Assembly (NCBI GenBank): GCA_052327205.1
Contig: CM126212.1
Span: 23,560,001-23,624,000 of the forward strand
Reading direction: 5' to 3'
DNA length: 64,000 bases
DNA from: Somniosus microcephalus
Lineage: Eukaryota
This document shows positions 10,949 through 24,010 of this stretch, piece by piece. A program made the translations under genes and the position numbers. The notes beneath the pieces were generated by a model that made no database searches, was not told the DNA's origin, and saw nothing but the letters and a program-made list of their open reading frames with translations. Positions within the stretch are counted from its first letter, which is position 1. Every line of letters starts with the position of its first letter.

Positions 10949-11264
10949 ATTGGAGGTTCAAACCCTCTGTACAAATCTGGTTAAAATATTTCCTTTCAAA
11001 ATCAGTACTGCACTACCTATGGCTTGTTGCTAAGACCAGCAGAGTTACTAGCTGGCTGTTCCAGGTACAATGAGGTTATATTATGAAACGGCAGATATTC
11101 AGAGCACGTCACTCTTTACCTTGCTCTTTGTCCACTTTTTCCTTACAATCCACTTTCAGGCCCTATTAATCACATTTAAAGCTATTGACTAAAGTACTGA
11201 ATCAACGGAAACTTTTTTTTGCAAGTACGCTCACTCCACCATCATTATAAAGCTTTTGGTTACA

Positions 11265-11778
11265 ACACTATAAGGAGGCCATTTGGCCCATCGTGTCTGT
11301 GTCAGTCGAAAAAGAACTATCCAACCTAATCCCACTTTCCAGCTTTTGGTCCGTAGCCTTGTAGATTACAGCACTCCAAGTGCATATCCAAGTACTTTTT
11401 AAATGCGATGAGGGTTTCTGCCTCTACCACCCTTTCAGGCAGTGAGTGCCAGACCCCCCACCACCCTCTGGGTGAAAAGAGTTCTCCTCCCCTCTAATCC
11501 TTTTACCAATTACTTTAAATCTAGGCCCCCTGATTATTGACCTCTCTGCTAAGGGAAATAGGTCCTTGCTATCCACTCTATCTAGGCCCCTCATAATTTT
11601 ATACACCTCAATCAAGTCTCCCCTCAGCCTCCTCTGTTCCAAACAACTCCAGCCTATCCAGTCTTTCCTCATAGCTAAAATTCTCCATTCCTTCCAACAT
11701 CCTCGTAAATCTCCTCTGCACCCCCTCTAGTGCAATCACATCTTTCCTGTAATGCAGTGACCAGAACTGTACGCAGTG
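11265..11778 (-). mobile_element. CR1 LINE 3' fragment
   Basis: CVQFWSLHYRKDVIALEGVQRRFTRM and EQRRLRGDLIEVYKIMRGLDRVD in frameshifted ORFs; CR1 3' motif GGCCATTTGGCCCATC. Confidence 0.9.
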
Positions 11779-12152
11779 TTGTAAAGCTCCACGATCTGGA
11801 CCTCCCAACACTTTTTAATGTTCCATTTTATGCCGCATTAGGAGACAATTCCTACCCCTGGTTAGAAACAACGAAAGCTGCTCAGCTCCCAAGAGCCATG
11901 TTACGAGGAGCGTGAAAGAAGCAGAAATGCTTTGTTCATTTTAGCAGAGTAGCGAAGAAAAACAGGTTCACCTGTGAAGTCCAAGGCACCGCGATTGTTA
12001 CAATAACCAATGGAATTCCGCAAATCTGGTAGGTCAATGAGTCACAGCATTCATTCCATCAGCTACGTGATGCTCCAGCTAGTTTTCCCTCATACTTCAT
12101 GTTGCGCCCAGTCACCTTGCTGAGACTGGTCATATCACATATATACATCTCA

Positions 12153-12615
12153 GTGTCAGCTGTGGCTCATGTTGGTAGCAAGCTCGCCTCAGAACTCACG
12201 AAGGATTGGTGAGTTCATAGTCCCACTCCAGGGACTTGAGCACATAAATCTAGGCTGACACTCCAGTGGAGTGCTACACTGTCAAAGGTGACATCTTTTG
12301 GATGAGATGCTAAACCGAGGCCCCGTCTGCTCTCTCAGGTGGACGTAAAAGATCCCATGGCACTATTTTGAAGAAGAGCAGGGGAGTTCTCCCCGGTGTC
12401 CTGGCCAATATTTATCTCTCAGCCAACATAACTAAAACAGATTATCCGGTCATTATCACATTGCTGTTTGTGGGAGCTTGCTGTGCGCAAACTGGCTGCC
12501 GCATTTCCCACATTACAACAGTGACTCCACTTCAAAAAGTACTTCATTGGCTGTAAAGTGCTTTCAGACGTTCGGTGGTCATGAAAGGTGCTATATAAAT
12601 GCAAGTCTTTCTTTT
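12153..12615 (+). mobile_element. Deu-SINE, full length
   Basis: Head, central domain and tail as at 716-1178. Confidence 0.85.
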
Positions 12616-13439
12616 TCATACATACACATATGTATACATGCACACACATGCATTTATATACATAAGTATATTTTTTTGACTGATGAGTTGACGAATGGGA
12701 ATTTAGTAGTTTTGTACGTATATATATTTCACATACATATGCACACTCTATATATATTTATATATAGATGGATGAGATTGTTTCCATATGAAAATATATC
12801 TTGCTGGCGTCTTTGCAAAGACCAATGCCAATGAAAATGGAGAAAGGGAGTGTATTTATTAAGCACTTTAGCGTGCCCTGCAGGAACATCCCAAAGTATT
12901 TCACATACGACAAGTTACTTTGAAGTATTATTATGTGGGTAAATGGGGTACCCATTTTGTGGACAGTAATTCGAAGAATGACCAGTTAAATCCATACACG
13001 GTAAACCAAAGCCCATTTAATAAATAAAGAGCAGCACTGATGAATTGAAGATCAATTTGAACTACACCCCGACAAAGAAAGAGACGGCGCCGTAGCAGGG
13101 CTGGTGTTCGTCACTCCGTATCACAAATTCAGGTATGGACCCAGCGGCCGGTACTTACACCGTCGGGGCCCTACTCTGCAAAACAAGGTGCATTTATTCA
13201 AATAGTTTCAATTCACTGGAGCTCAAAAACATGGGGCGGCAGAGTGGGACCCCAGTACAAGTGCAGGATGCACCTGGCCATGACCTCCGCTGCTAACCCC
13301 GCCATGGTTTGCTGGGCCAAAGGGAACGCCCTTGATTAACAAGTGAATGGTGAGCGCCTGTGCCACGAGGGATGCATTTGGGGTGCCCACCAGCCCCACC
13401 ATGGTAGAAAGCCCAGCACCGCTTGCTGGTTCTGGCATG

Positions 13440-14040
13440 CCCACCCACCACCCCATCATCCTCCCTCCAACCCCCCCAATCGCCCACCCTCCCCCCACCC
13501 AATCACCCTCCCTCCCCCCCAATCGCCCTCCCTCCCCCCACAACATCACCCCCCCCACATCATCGCCCCATCTCCCCAATCATCGCCCCCCTCTCCCCCA
13601 CCATCGCCCCCCCTCATCATCGTCCTTCCTCCCCCAATCATCGCCTACCCACCCCCCATCATCCTCCCTCCAACCCCCCCAATTGCCCTCGCCCTCCCTC
13701 CATCCCCCCAATCATCGCTTCCCCACATCATCGCCCCATCCCCCCAATCATCGCCCCCTCTCCCCCACTATCGCCCCCACCCCATCATCCTCCCTCCAAC
13801 CCCCCCATCGCCCTCCCTCCCCCACCCAATCGCCCTCCCTCCCTCCACCCAATCGCCCTCCCTCCCTCCACCCAATCGTCCTCCCTCCCTCCCCCACACA
13901 TCACCACCCTCCCTCCCCCCACATCATCGCCCCCCTCCCCCCACATCACCTCCCTCCCGCCCTCCCCCCCACATCACCTCCCTCCCCCCCACATCATCGT
14001 CCTTCCTCCCCCCCAATCCTTGCCTCCACCATCGCCCCCC
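13440..14040. repeat. C-rich degenerate minisatellite (units like CCCCAATCATCGCC / CCCTCCCTCCCC)
   Basis: About 600 bp of C-runs separated by AATCG/ATCATC/TCC, with an extreme C-over-G strand skew. Confidence 0.9.
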
Positions 14041-14124
14041 ATGAGGGAACTCAGATGTGCCTCCAGTGGCTCCTTTTTAATTTTAAAAAAACAACTCCAC
14101 TCTCTCTCTGGGACTCCCATGGGT

Positions 14125-14264
14125 TGCAGTGCGGCGCTCCCTCAGCACTGCACTGGAGCGTAAACCTAGATCTCTGTGCTCAAGTCCCTGGAGTGGGACT
14201 GTGAACACACAGCCTTCTGAGTCAGGGGTGAGAGGGTGCTACCCACTGAGCCACAGGCTGACAC
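14125..14264 (-). mobile_element. Deu-SINE 5' head fragment
   Basis: Reverse complement of GTGTCAGC..TGGCTCAGTGGGTAGCAC...AGTCCCACTCCAGGGACTTGAGCAC. Confidence 0.75.
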
Positions 14265-15931
14265 CTTTACATAATATGATATTTATGAAGGTAAATGGCA
14301 AATTAAGATTTTATATTGTTTTTGCACGTCCCTCCCATCGGGTTTTGAATCAGAACAGCTGCATAGTTGGTAACAAACGCGGCAGCTGCAGTTAAGTCGG
14401 GGCCAAGTAGAAGCAGAGACGCTGTTGTTTGGACATCTTTTTTTTAAGGCCTCGTTTTTCAAATCGAGCCACATGACAATCGCAGGAAGCTGTTGGCCTC
14501 GAGGCTTGAGAAAGATGTTTTTTTTCCCTTTCCCCCCCCCCCAAAAAAGAAGTCCAGATGTTTCTCGTTGGCCCAGCATTGTGCAAGAGTGGCTGACCGC
14601 TGGTGGGAGGGCTGGACTCACAGGCCGGAAACACAGGAACCAAAGTGGAAAATGCAACGCCACATTATTTCCACACAAACGCTCATCATGTGTTGTTTTT
14701 TTTTAAATATTAAAAACTTATTTTGCACGATTCAGGACCAGAGCCCTGAAATCTTGCGAGTGGCTGTGAAATTCTATTATAAAAATCAAAACATTCACCC
14801 TTATTCATCGCTGGAGCTCAGACCTTTGAGAACCAAAGGGGCTCCTCTTGGCTAATGAAAACCATATTTGTTCTGGGGTCACTTTTTTTTTCTCCCCTCT
14901 CTCCCCGACTGAAATTATGGTCTGCAAGCGTTATAAAGCGCAAGGACGCAGGAGGCTGTTCAAACTATGTGTATGTACTAAAACAGGAGACTGCTCAGAG
15001 AGCAGTGCAGGGCTGATTTCCACACATTTAATCTGGTGATATTTACGCTATAGTGCTGCTATTTTTTTAACATGTTAGTGGGATAGTTTAAAGGACTTTG
15101 AGCATTGCGTTTCGCTCGTGTTTACATTACTGGAGTGTATAGCTGATTGTATCCGCGCGGTTCCGCCCCTGTAGGCCGCACTCACTGTATAGACAGACTC
15201 CAGTCGTTTGTGAATAGGTGGCATTGAACAGAGCCATTGAGAACAACAATTGGCATTTTCAAAAGGTGGGCTGGTCTGTGAGCGCGGGCAGTGTGCACCG
15301 ACTGCTAAAACCGTGTGCCGAGTTTTAAAATGGCACGCATGACATGATTCGACAGATGAGGCGTTTCACAGAGATGAAACACCGAAAAAAGATTCAGCCT
15401 TCCAGAAAACTGCATGCTCAAAACGGAGGCCCAGTCGGGCGGGCTGAGGTCAGGACACTGGATGCCTTTAAGAACCAGCTAGCTGCTGTAATTGGAAGAC
15501 GGGAGGGGGTTGGTGTTCTGGAAAGATTAGATCAAATGGGCCGAAGGGGCTTCTCGGGCTGAACTTATCTTGCCATCATCATCATCACATCATGACAGGA
15601 TAGAGGCCCGAGGGTGAGCAACATTGGCTCCGCGTTATCCAACACAATGGCAGGGCAATAATCTGCCGCAAATTTTGCTAGAATCACATGTATGGAACGT
15701 TTTGTGATCTTCAAATGCTTATTCTGTTTGCCAATTTGCTTATAAACAGATGTTTATGGCTTGCAAGCCAATAATGTCTCCTAATGTCCCTACACTTAAA
15801 AGAGGCGTGCGTTGCAAGTGGTGCAAAAAAAAATACTACCTCACCCCTTGGATAATTCATTGATTGCACACCGTTTCCTCATTTACGTTGTGTTTTTCAC
15901 TGCTGCTTTGGTTTAATGTAACAGGTTATCA

Positions 15932-16404
15932 GTGCCAGCTGTGACTCAGTGGGTACCACTCTCGCCTCTGAGTCAGAAGGTTGTGGGTTCAAGTCCCACT
16001 CCAAGGACTTGAGCACATAAAGCTAGGTTGACACTCCAGCGCAGTGCTGAGGGAGTGCTGCTCTGTCAGAGGTGCCGTCTTTCGGATGAGACGTTGAACC
16101 GAGGTCCCGTCTGCTCTCTCAGGTGGACGTAAGAGATCCCATGGCACTATTTCGAAGAAGAGCAGGGGAGTTCTTCCTGTGTCCTGGGCCAATATTATAC
16201 CCTCAATCCACAGAACAAAAACAGATTATCTGGTCATTATCACATTGCTGTTTGTGGGAGCTTGCTGTGCGCAAAATGGCTGCTGCGTTTCCCACATTAC
16301 AACAGTGACTACACTCCAAAAAAAAAGTACTTAATTGGCTGTAAAGGGCTTTGAGGTGTCTGGTGGTCGTGAAAGGCGCTATACAAATGCAAATCTGTCT
16401 TTTT
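15932..16404 (+). mobile_element. Deu-SINE, full length
   Basis: Head with B-box GGTTCAAGTCC, central domain and tail. Confidence 0.85.
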
Positions 16405-17790
16405 ATCAAAGATATTCTGGGAATGAAAGGCATATCCTGCCCGGCCTGTAACTTCACTGTGATAGTAATGTCACTCCATTTAAAAGTCTAAAAAAGTACC
16501 TAATCTCAAAGGGTTCTCCAGAAATACTTGGTGATTCGAGCACCATTCCCATTGCAAACTGCAATGGCCAAAGCAAACGTGGAAATATCGTGGCTCTGTT
16601 TATCTTTGCAATTCCCATCAAGTGGGAGAGTAGGATTACAAGTGTGGGGAGACTTCCTCCCACCCCTCACCCCCAGCCCATTCCTGGCTCTCCACAGCAA
16701 TGAAGCACCATTCTACACCCCTCCCCTCCCAACTCCGCCTTCGGGAGAACCTGATTTGCAGCATTGCACAGTCATTTGCCTGGATTCTCATGCCTGCAGA
16801 TGTTATGCGATGAAAGATAGGTTTGTGTTCTAGCGAAAAGTGCCCGGAGACGTCAGTGGAAGCGGCTAGTGGTCAATTGGCTATTAAACCAAATTACCTG
16901 GAGCCACAGGAGGGGGAGGGGGTTCCGAGTGGCCAGTGTTGTCCAATGGGCCAGGCAGGAGCCTATAATCGCGGCCATCCTTTTTATGTGACGGGTGGTT
17001 GTTGTCTTAAGGTCGGAACTGGCCACCTGCCACTGCTGGACCATTCCAAATGGTTGGAAGTGACAGGCAAGCTGCTGAAGGTGACATCATTGGAATGCAC
17101 CGACACTCCTGTGCATTAGTATTCCACGCAGGCAGGCAGCTGAAGGACAGTGTGTAATCAAATATCATTTTGTAGTGCCCCCCGACAGAACAGCCGCACA
17201 TTCGATTTCAAACTCACAAGAGATTAATCTGACCTGCTGGAAACAATAAAGTTAAGAGTCCAAATGAAAGCAGCCAATGATGGGAGTTTGTATATATATA
17301 TATATAGATATAAAAACATAACAATGCTCTGTGAGCACAAGATTGCTGCCGCAGTGTTTATATGCTGGTTGCATGTTTATGACCCTGACAAGCTGTGTTT
17401 AAATAGTGCTGGGTGACCCAGAGACCAAGGGGGGAGAAGGAGCTGTGTTTTCTATTCCAGGACTATAATTAAGTGACTGTACCTAATGATTTGCAACACA
17501 GCGAGCGAGAACATCTGCTAAAGGCAAATATCTGGCGGACATCTGCAATATTAAATGTCACAAAATCCAGCAATTACTAACACTTATCGTTGGATAATCG
17601 AAGGAGAGCTTCTCACGACACTTCCAGAATGCGGCAGGGCAGTGAGTAGCAGTGGGGGATTTCATTTGGGATGGTCAACTAATTCTGAACTGGGATAAAT
17701 GGACTGGATCCCGAGTCAAAACTTGACAGGAACAGAACACTAAAGCAACAAATAATATGCTACAACTCACAATTTAATTATATATAAAAT

Positions 17791-18352
17791 AAAGACTTGC
17801 AATTATATAGCGCGTTTCACGACCACTGGACGTCTCAAAGCGCTACAGCCAATGAAGAATTTTTGAAGTGTAGTCACTGTTGTAATGTGGGAAATGCAGC
17901 AGCCAATTTGCGCACAGCAAGCTCCCACAAACAGCAATGTGATAATGACCAGATAATCTGTTTTTGTTATGTTGGTTGAGGGATAAATATTGGCCCCAGG
18001 ATAACTCCCCCTGCTCTTCGTCAAAATAGTGCCATGGGATCTTTTACATCCACCTGAGTGAGCAGGCGGGGCCTCACTTTAACATCTCATCTGAAAGACG
18101 GCACTTCTGACAGTGCAGCACTCCCTCAGCACTGCACTGGAGTGTCAGCCTAGCTTTACTCAGGTTGCTGGAGTGGGACTTGAACCCACAACCTTCTAAC
18201 TCAGAGGCGAGTGTGCTGCCCACTGAGCCACGGCTGACACAAGAAAGAAAGATTTGCATTTATATAGCGCCTTTCACAACCACCGGACGTCTCAAAGCGC
18301 TTTACAGCCAATGAAATACTTTTGGAGTGTAGTCACTGTGGTAATGTGGGAA
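17791..18352 (-). mobile_element. Full-length Deu-SINE (17791-18240) abutting a second Deu-SINE tail (18241-18352)
   Basis: Reverse-complement match to the family. The head ends at CGGCTGACAC 18240 and is immediately followed by another tail. Confidence 0.85.
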
Positions 18353-18399
18353 ATATATAATAATATATATATAATATAAAGCCCTCCTGAACTACCTTT

Positions 18400-18720
18400 A
18401 AGGTGGTAGCTCATAGCTGTGCGAAGGTTCCACAGGCATCAGCGACCCTCTGGTATCTTTTCCAAGTTGCCCATCTTCGTGCGACAATGGATTAATCGAC
18501 CACGCAAGGCGTCACAGCCAAGCCCGGCCCCTGTCCTCCCCCGACAGACTCGGGCTCGGGGGTCGTGATCAGGAGCGCTAACTGTGGCCGGAGTTTGCTC
18601 CTCCCTGTTTCAGGGGGCCAGTTGAAAGCCCCACTGTACTGCTAACTCAGCACAGGCCTAGCTGGGCCTTTCCTGCTCCTTGGTATCAGTTCCACATCGA
18701 ACAGTTCACTTGCTGACGGA
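18400..18720 (-). mobile_element. Degenerate LF-SINE-like element
   Basis: Motifs TCACAGCCAAGCCCGG..CTGTCCTC, GATCAGGAGCG and CTAACTCAGCACAG, shared with other old copies. Confidence 0.45.
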
Positions 18721-19114
18721 GCGGCTTTGCGCCTCGTAAGGGCAGAGAGAAAGGCCTAAAGAGCGGAAGCCCTCTCTCTAAGTTTGACTCGTTTCTGGAG
18801 AAAAAAATAATCTTTTGTGGTAACACAAAAACGCTCTATTTGGCTCCTGTGTTTTTCTCTTGTTTTAAAAAGTGAGGCATGCGACTATAATTGTAAAATC
18901 ATGTGGGTTCCAACTCGGCATTTCTCTCTTTCTGTTCCTTTTTCCAGATTCTGTTTTTGGAAAATGAATCCATCCCCTGACAGGAATTAGAGTCTAGCAC
19001 AAGAAGGACACTGCACCTATACAATTCACCACTAAGAAAACATCTCTTTTTGAGACTTCCAAAACACCTCTCTTTAAGGATCACGTGGGGTCGCCTGGTG
19101 TCTGATAGCCCCCT

Positions 19115-19692
19115 TGGTGAGACCGCACCTTGAGTATTGTGTGCAGTTTTGGTCACCTTATCTGAGGAAGGATGTTCTTGCCATGGAGGGAGTGCAGCAA
19201 AGATTCACCAGGCTGATACCTGGGATGGCAGGAATGACGTATGAGGAGAGATTGGGTCGATTGGGCTTATATTCGCTAGAGTTTAGAAGAATGAGAGGGG
19301 ATCTCATTGAAACTTATAAAATTCTAACAGGACTAGACAGATTAGATGCAGGAAGGATGTTCCCGATGGCGGGGGAGTCCAGAACCAGGGGTCACAGTCT
19401 AAGGATAAGGGGTAAGCCATTTAGGACTGAGATGAGGAGGAATTTCTTCACCCAAAGAGTGGTGAACCTGTGGAATTCTCTACCACAGAAGGCAGTTGAG
19501 ACCAATTCATTAAATATATTCAAGAAGGAGTTAGATATATTTCTTAAGGCTAAAGGGATCAAGGGATATGGGGAGAAAGCAGGGACAGGGTACTGAATTT
19601 GGATGATCAGCCATGATCTCATTAAATGGCGGCGGAGCCGGCTCGAGGGGCCGAATGGCCTACTCCTGCTCCTATCTTCTATGTTTCTATGT
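19115..19692 (+). mobile_element. Young CR1 LINE 3' fragment
   Basis: Uninterrupted ORF2 C-terminus VRPHLEYCVQFWSPYLRKD...GYGEKAGTGY*, 3' UTR and (TTCTATGT)n tail. Confidence 0.95.
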
Positions 19693-20339
19693 TACAACTT
19701 AAAGGCAATGGGGCTGGCTGACCACCTCGTGGGCTTTTTTCCGTCGTTGTTGTCGTTGTTTGCCTTTAACTTGGCTTCAACATGGCCAAATATTGGGCGA
19801 GCTGAGGCTCAGCACTGCTGTACAACCAGGAAGATCAGCGGCACTGACAGAGTCGTTTACCAGTCTCTGGCTCTGTGCACCTTACTGCAGGGGGCTCCGA
19901 GGGAGTTTGGAAGCTCCTTCGTATGAGAGCTGAACGTTCTCTGGACAAATGAGGCCGGCAGCAGGCAGTCGATTGGGATTTTTTTTTAAAAAGGGAAATT
20001 CCTACAGTTTGTAGCAGTAATGATGTAATGTTAGCGAGCTTTTTTTTGATCATCCTGCTGGTATTCTTATAGCCCGAGGCTCTAACTGTGTTTATTTAAT
20101 CTGAGCAACTTCACGGTATAGGTTTAAATTTACTTGTCTCACAAGAGCATAATGTGAAGTACTGCTACTGCGGTAGCGGTCTTGGTTCCAAAATAATCAC
20201 TGGAAATGTAATAAATCCACCGTGTACGTTATTTTATTGCTGTCACTTCTGGGTCATTTATTTCTGCTGGGCGGGGGGGGGCTGCAGGGGTGAGGAGAAA
20301 TTTCGTAAATCAATACAAAATATTTTTTTTAAGGACCTA

Positions 20340-20698
20340 GGAGTGCTGCACTGTCGGAGGTGCCGTCTTTCGGATGAGACATTAAACCGAGGCCCAGTCT
20401 GCTCTCTCAGGTGGACGTTATAGATCCTGTGGCACTATTTCAAAGAAGAGCAGGGGAGTTCTCCCCGGTGTCCAGGCCAATATTTATCCCTCAACCAACA
20501 TCACTTAAAAAAAGAATTGATTATCTGGTCACTTATTAAATTGCGGTTTGTGGGAGCTTGCTGTGCACAAATTGCCGCAGTAGCGTTCCCCACATTACAA
20601 CAGTGACTACATTTCAGAAAGTACTTCATTGGCTGTAAATGGCTTTGGGAGGTCCTGAGGTCATGAAAGGCGCTATATAAATGCAAGTCTTTCTTTCT
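20340..20698 (+). mobile_element. 5'-truncated Deu-SINE
   Basis: Central domain and tail present; no head. Confidence 0.85.
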
Positions 20699-21752
20699 TA
20701 TGGGACTAAAGTTATACTGCTGGCTCCGTGTTGTGGTACGTTTAGGGAAACAGAAATCATGCGAGGTGCTCAGCTCCCTGTTGTCCAAGTATCGGTTGTA
20801 ATGTTAAGGGCGATGCCCAAGCTATGCGTGGTCAACGGGAAGTCAAATGTGTAGTAAATCTAACCTGTAGGACAAGCCCCTTGGTGGTTTTGCTCTGTCT
20901 CTCTCACATACACTTAGTTCCCTTACAGCATGTGTGTAGGTTTCAGCACTTTTTAAATAACAAGGATTGATAAAAGCGGAAATTCACGCTTTTTTTGGAA
21001 GTGTGAAGCAGAAACCTGTGTGTAAAACCTTAGGGCCCAATTCAATAACTCTGTACAATAAGAGAATGAAACGACCAATGCCATGAGATAATATGGACGG
21101 TATGCTTTGTCTGATAACGGTATTATCGTCCATCAGCTTTTGCTCTTAAATATTAAAACTGAAACTCAACGGTCTGATAGGAATGTAACCTGTGGCACGG
21201 AAGGTTGGCGGGAGGGTGGGTTGGGGGGGGGGGGGGGGGCAGGCGGGGGGTGGCGCCCTTTAACATGAAAACAAAAAAAACCTGCATCAATTGGCAAGTC
21301 TATGAGGATGCCCGTCCCCAATCTCCTGGTGGGCCAGTGCAGAGGGTACATGGCAGAGTCTTTTACATGGGCCTCGGGGGAGGAGCGGGGGTCACAGCCC
21401 AAGTGCACCACTCTCCTGAATTTACCTTTAAGTCGCAACGCTGGTCTCCTGTGAATTGGCAAAGAGGAAGCGCACATATGTGCAGAGTATGCATGTGTCG
21501 TATTTGGGATGCAAAGATTATGTGCTTGCATGAGGTCATGATGCAAAGTCATGTCACAACAGGTGTCCACTGCTGAGTTTAATAGCTGCCCCGCTCCCCA
21601 CCACCCTCCCCCCCGCAATCCCAAACAATGGACAATTGACAAAAACGCTGTCAATGGTTACTGAGTGTGTATCATGTGCTGCAGATTTAGTTAGAAACGT
21701 GCCGGATTCAGAGATAATCCACCGACATTCAGTGTGCACTTTTGATGGTTTA

Positions 21753-21820
21753 AAAGAAAGACTTGCATTTATATAGCGCCTTTCACGACTTCTGGACGTC
21801 CCAGAGTGCTTTACAACCAA
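21753..21820 (-). mobile_element. Deu-SINE tail fragment
   Basis: AAGAAAGACTTGCATTTATATAGCGCCTTTCACGAC. Confidence 0.7.
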
Positions 21821-22589
21821 AAGTAAGCAAATAATCACAGTTAGATAACTTTACACGTCAAACTCGCGACACTGTCCAGTGAACTTTCATACAATTCTAA
21901 TGCAATTGCAGAGATCAGGCCCACATAGAGGCAGTTTCCAGCACGGCTCACTCGCCTGTGATCAGGGGTCGGAATGTTGGCTGATTTTCTTTCTCTGTCT
22001 CTCTTCCACCCTCCCCCCGCAGGAGTACTGATGCTAATTGTAGCATCCCTACCACTGTCCCAGCACCCACCTAGGACATCCCTGGCCTGTATAGCTCAGT
22101 TCCATAATGCAGAGTGTATTTACACCCCCTCAGCAATCAGGGAACTTTGAAGACAAAAATCCTTTTAATTTCAAAGAAAATCCCGTTGCGAATCGGCATA
22201 ACCAGTTGGAGGGGGGGGCCACAATATGACAGACATTGAACAAAATTAAAAGCAGTGATCTCCACATTTCTGGTGTTGGTGGCTGAAAAGTTAGAGAACC
22301 CCAGAACACCTAAACTGCACACAACCGGCAACAGCTTTTATTTCCACCCTCGAATGTTAACGTCCTTTTTTTGAAAAAAGGTTCAGATCTTTCCTTGCCC
22401 ACTTAGCAAACTTTAAATCAACTAAACATGTCTAATAGGTACAAGGCTGAAAGCCTACACCAAAAAACATTAGCCGTGGAGTTAGTGAAAGAAGTAAGTG
22501 AGACCACAGACAGCCAGACCTTTATTGAAGAACCCCCCCTGCCCCCCAGATAGCCTTTATATCTTGCATAATATATTACACAGCATTAC

Positions 22590-22975
22590 ATAGAAAGTAC
22601 ATCACAGAACCTGGCCATTTGGCCCAACTGATCTCTGTAGGTGTTTGCCCTCTACACAAGCTATAGTCGTAATCCTCTGCGCCTGCTCTGTTTCCATATC
22701 TCATTAGCCCCCTTTCCTTCAATCATCTAGCCAACCTATTCTTAAATGTGGGACTGGTCTCTGCTCCAATCACTAACTTGGGTAGTGTATTCTACAGGCT
22801 CACAACCCTCCGTTTTAAAACGTTTCTCCTGCTCTCTGTTCTAAAGTTCATATTTAATTATATCCATATCCCCTTGTTCCAGACCCCTCAACCAATGGAA
22901 ACACTCTGCTTCTGCCTCCCCCCCCACTGTTCTATTCCTTCATTATTTTAAACATCTCTATCAAATCACCCCGTA
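22590..22975 (-). mobile_element. Old CR1 3' fragment
   Basis: GGCCATTTGGCCCAAC 3' motif and a degenerate ORF2 end (TTCTACAGGCTCACAACCCTC, TATCAAATCACCCC). Confidence 0.6.
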
Positions 22976-22984
22976 ATTGTTTTT

Positions 22985-23672
22985 TCATTCATTCACAGGA
23001 TGTGGGCTTTGCTAGCAAGGCCGGCATTTATTGCCCATCTCTAGTTGCCCTTGAGAAGGTGGTGGTTGGCCTTCTTCTTGAGCCACTGCAGTCCGTGTGT
23101 TAAAGGTACTCCCACAGTGCTGTTAGGGAGGGAGTTCCAAGATTTTGACCTAACCACAGTGAAGGAATGTTGAATGTTTAAATGTCTTAATCCAAATGTA
23201 CACTCTCGGGAGCCGTAAGCCTACATTTCGTTGTACTGCACTTGTGCACTAACAATGACAATAAAAGTTGATTTGATTTGGAATGGTGATATATGTTCAA
23301 GTCAGGATGGTGTGTAACTTGGAGGTAAACTTGGGGTGATGGTGTTCCCGTGCACCTGCTACCCTTCAAGAGGTGGAGATCGCAGGTTTCGGAGTTCCTG
23401 CCGAAGAAGCCTTGGTGAGTTGCTGCAGTGCATTCTGTAGGTAGTACACACTGCAGCCACAGTACGCTGGCGGTGGCGGGAGTGGATGTTTAAGCTGCTC
23501 AAATGGACTGCTTTACCCTGGATGGTGGCGGGTTTTTTGCGTGTTGTTGGAGTTGCACCCACCCAAGCAAGTGGAGAGTATTCCATCACACTCCTGACTT
23601 GTGTCTTGTAGGTGGTCGAGAGGCTTTGGGGAGTCGGGAGGTGAAACACTTGCTGCAGAATACCCGGCCTCT
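22985..23672 (-). mobile_element. LINE 3' fragment of the CR1/Zenon-like group (tail donor of SINE family B), interrupted at 23170-23279
   Basis: Encodes PQSLSTTYKTQVRSVMEYSPLAW...RTVAAVCTTYRMHCSNSPRLLRQ. Its 3' tail (CAAGAAGAAGGCCAACCACCACCTTCTCAAGGGCAACTAG..ATGGGCAATAAATG) matches the SINE B tail. Confidence 0.8.
23170..23279 (+). mobile_element. Short LINE 3' tail insertion (Rex1/Babar-like) with 6-bp TSD
   Basis: ATTTCGTTGTACTGCAC..CAATGACAATAAA followed by (GATTT)n. GGAATG is duplicated at 23164-23169 and 23280-23285. Confidence 0.55.
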
Positions 23673-23689
23673 GTTCCAATGAAAACCCC

Positions 23690-24010
23690 AATAATAGATG
23701 TAGAGAAGATGTTACCACTTGTGGAGAATCCAAAACTAGAGGCCATAAATATAAGATAGTCACCAATAAATCCAATAGGGAATTCAGGAGAAACTTCTTT
23801 ACCCAGAGAGTGGTTAGAATGTGGAACTCGCTATCACAGGGAGTGGTTGAAGTGACTAGCATAGATGCATTTAATGGGAAGCTAGGAAGAAAGCAATAGG
23901 AGATGCTGATAGGGTCAGATGAAGTAGGGTGGGAGGAGGCGCGTGTGGAGCACAAACAGCGGCATCAGTTGGGCCGAATGGCTTGTTTCTGTGCTGTAAA
24001 TTCTATGTGA
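23690..24010 (+). mobile_element. CR1 3' fragment
   Basis: AGGAGAAACTTCTTTACCCAGAGAGTGGTTAGAATGTGGAACTC (RRNFFTQRVVRMWNS) and GGGCCGAATGG 3' motif. Confidence 0.85.

Noticed and set aside
13223-14204. Proline-rich, extensin-like ORFs in all frames
   Set aside because: Open only because the C-rich minisatellite lacks stop codons.
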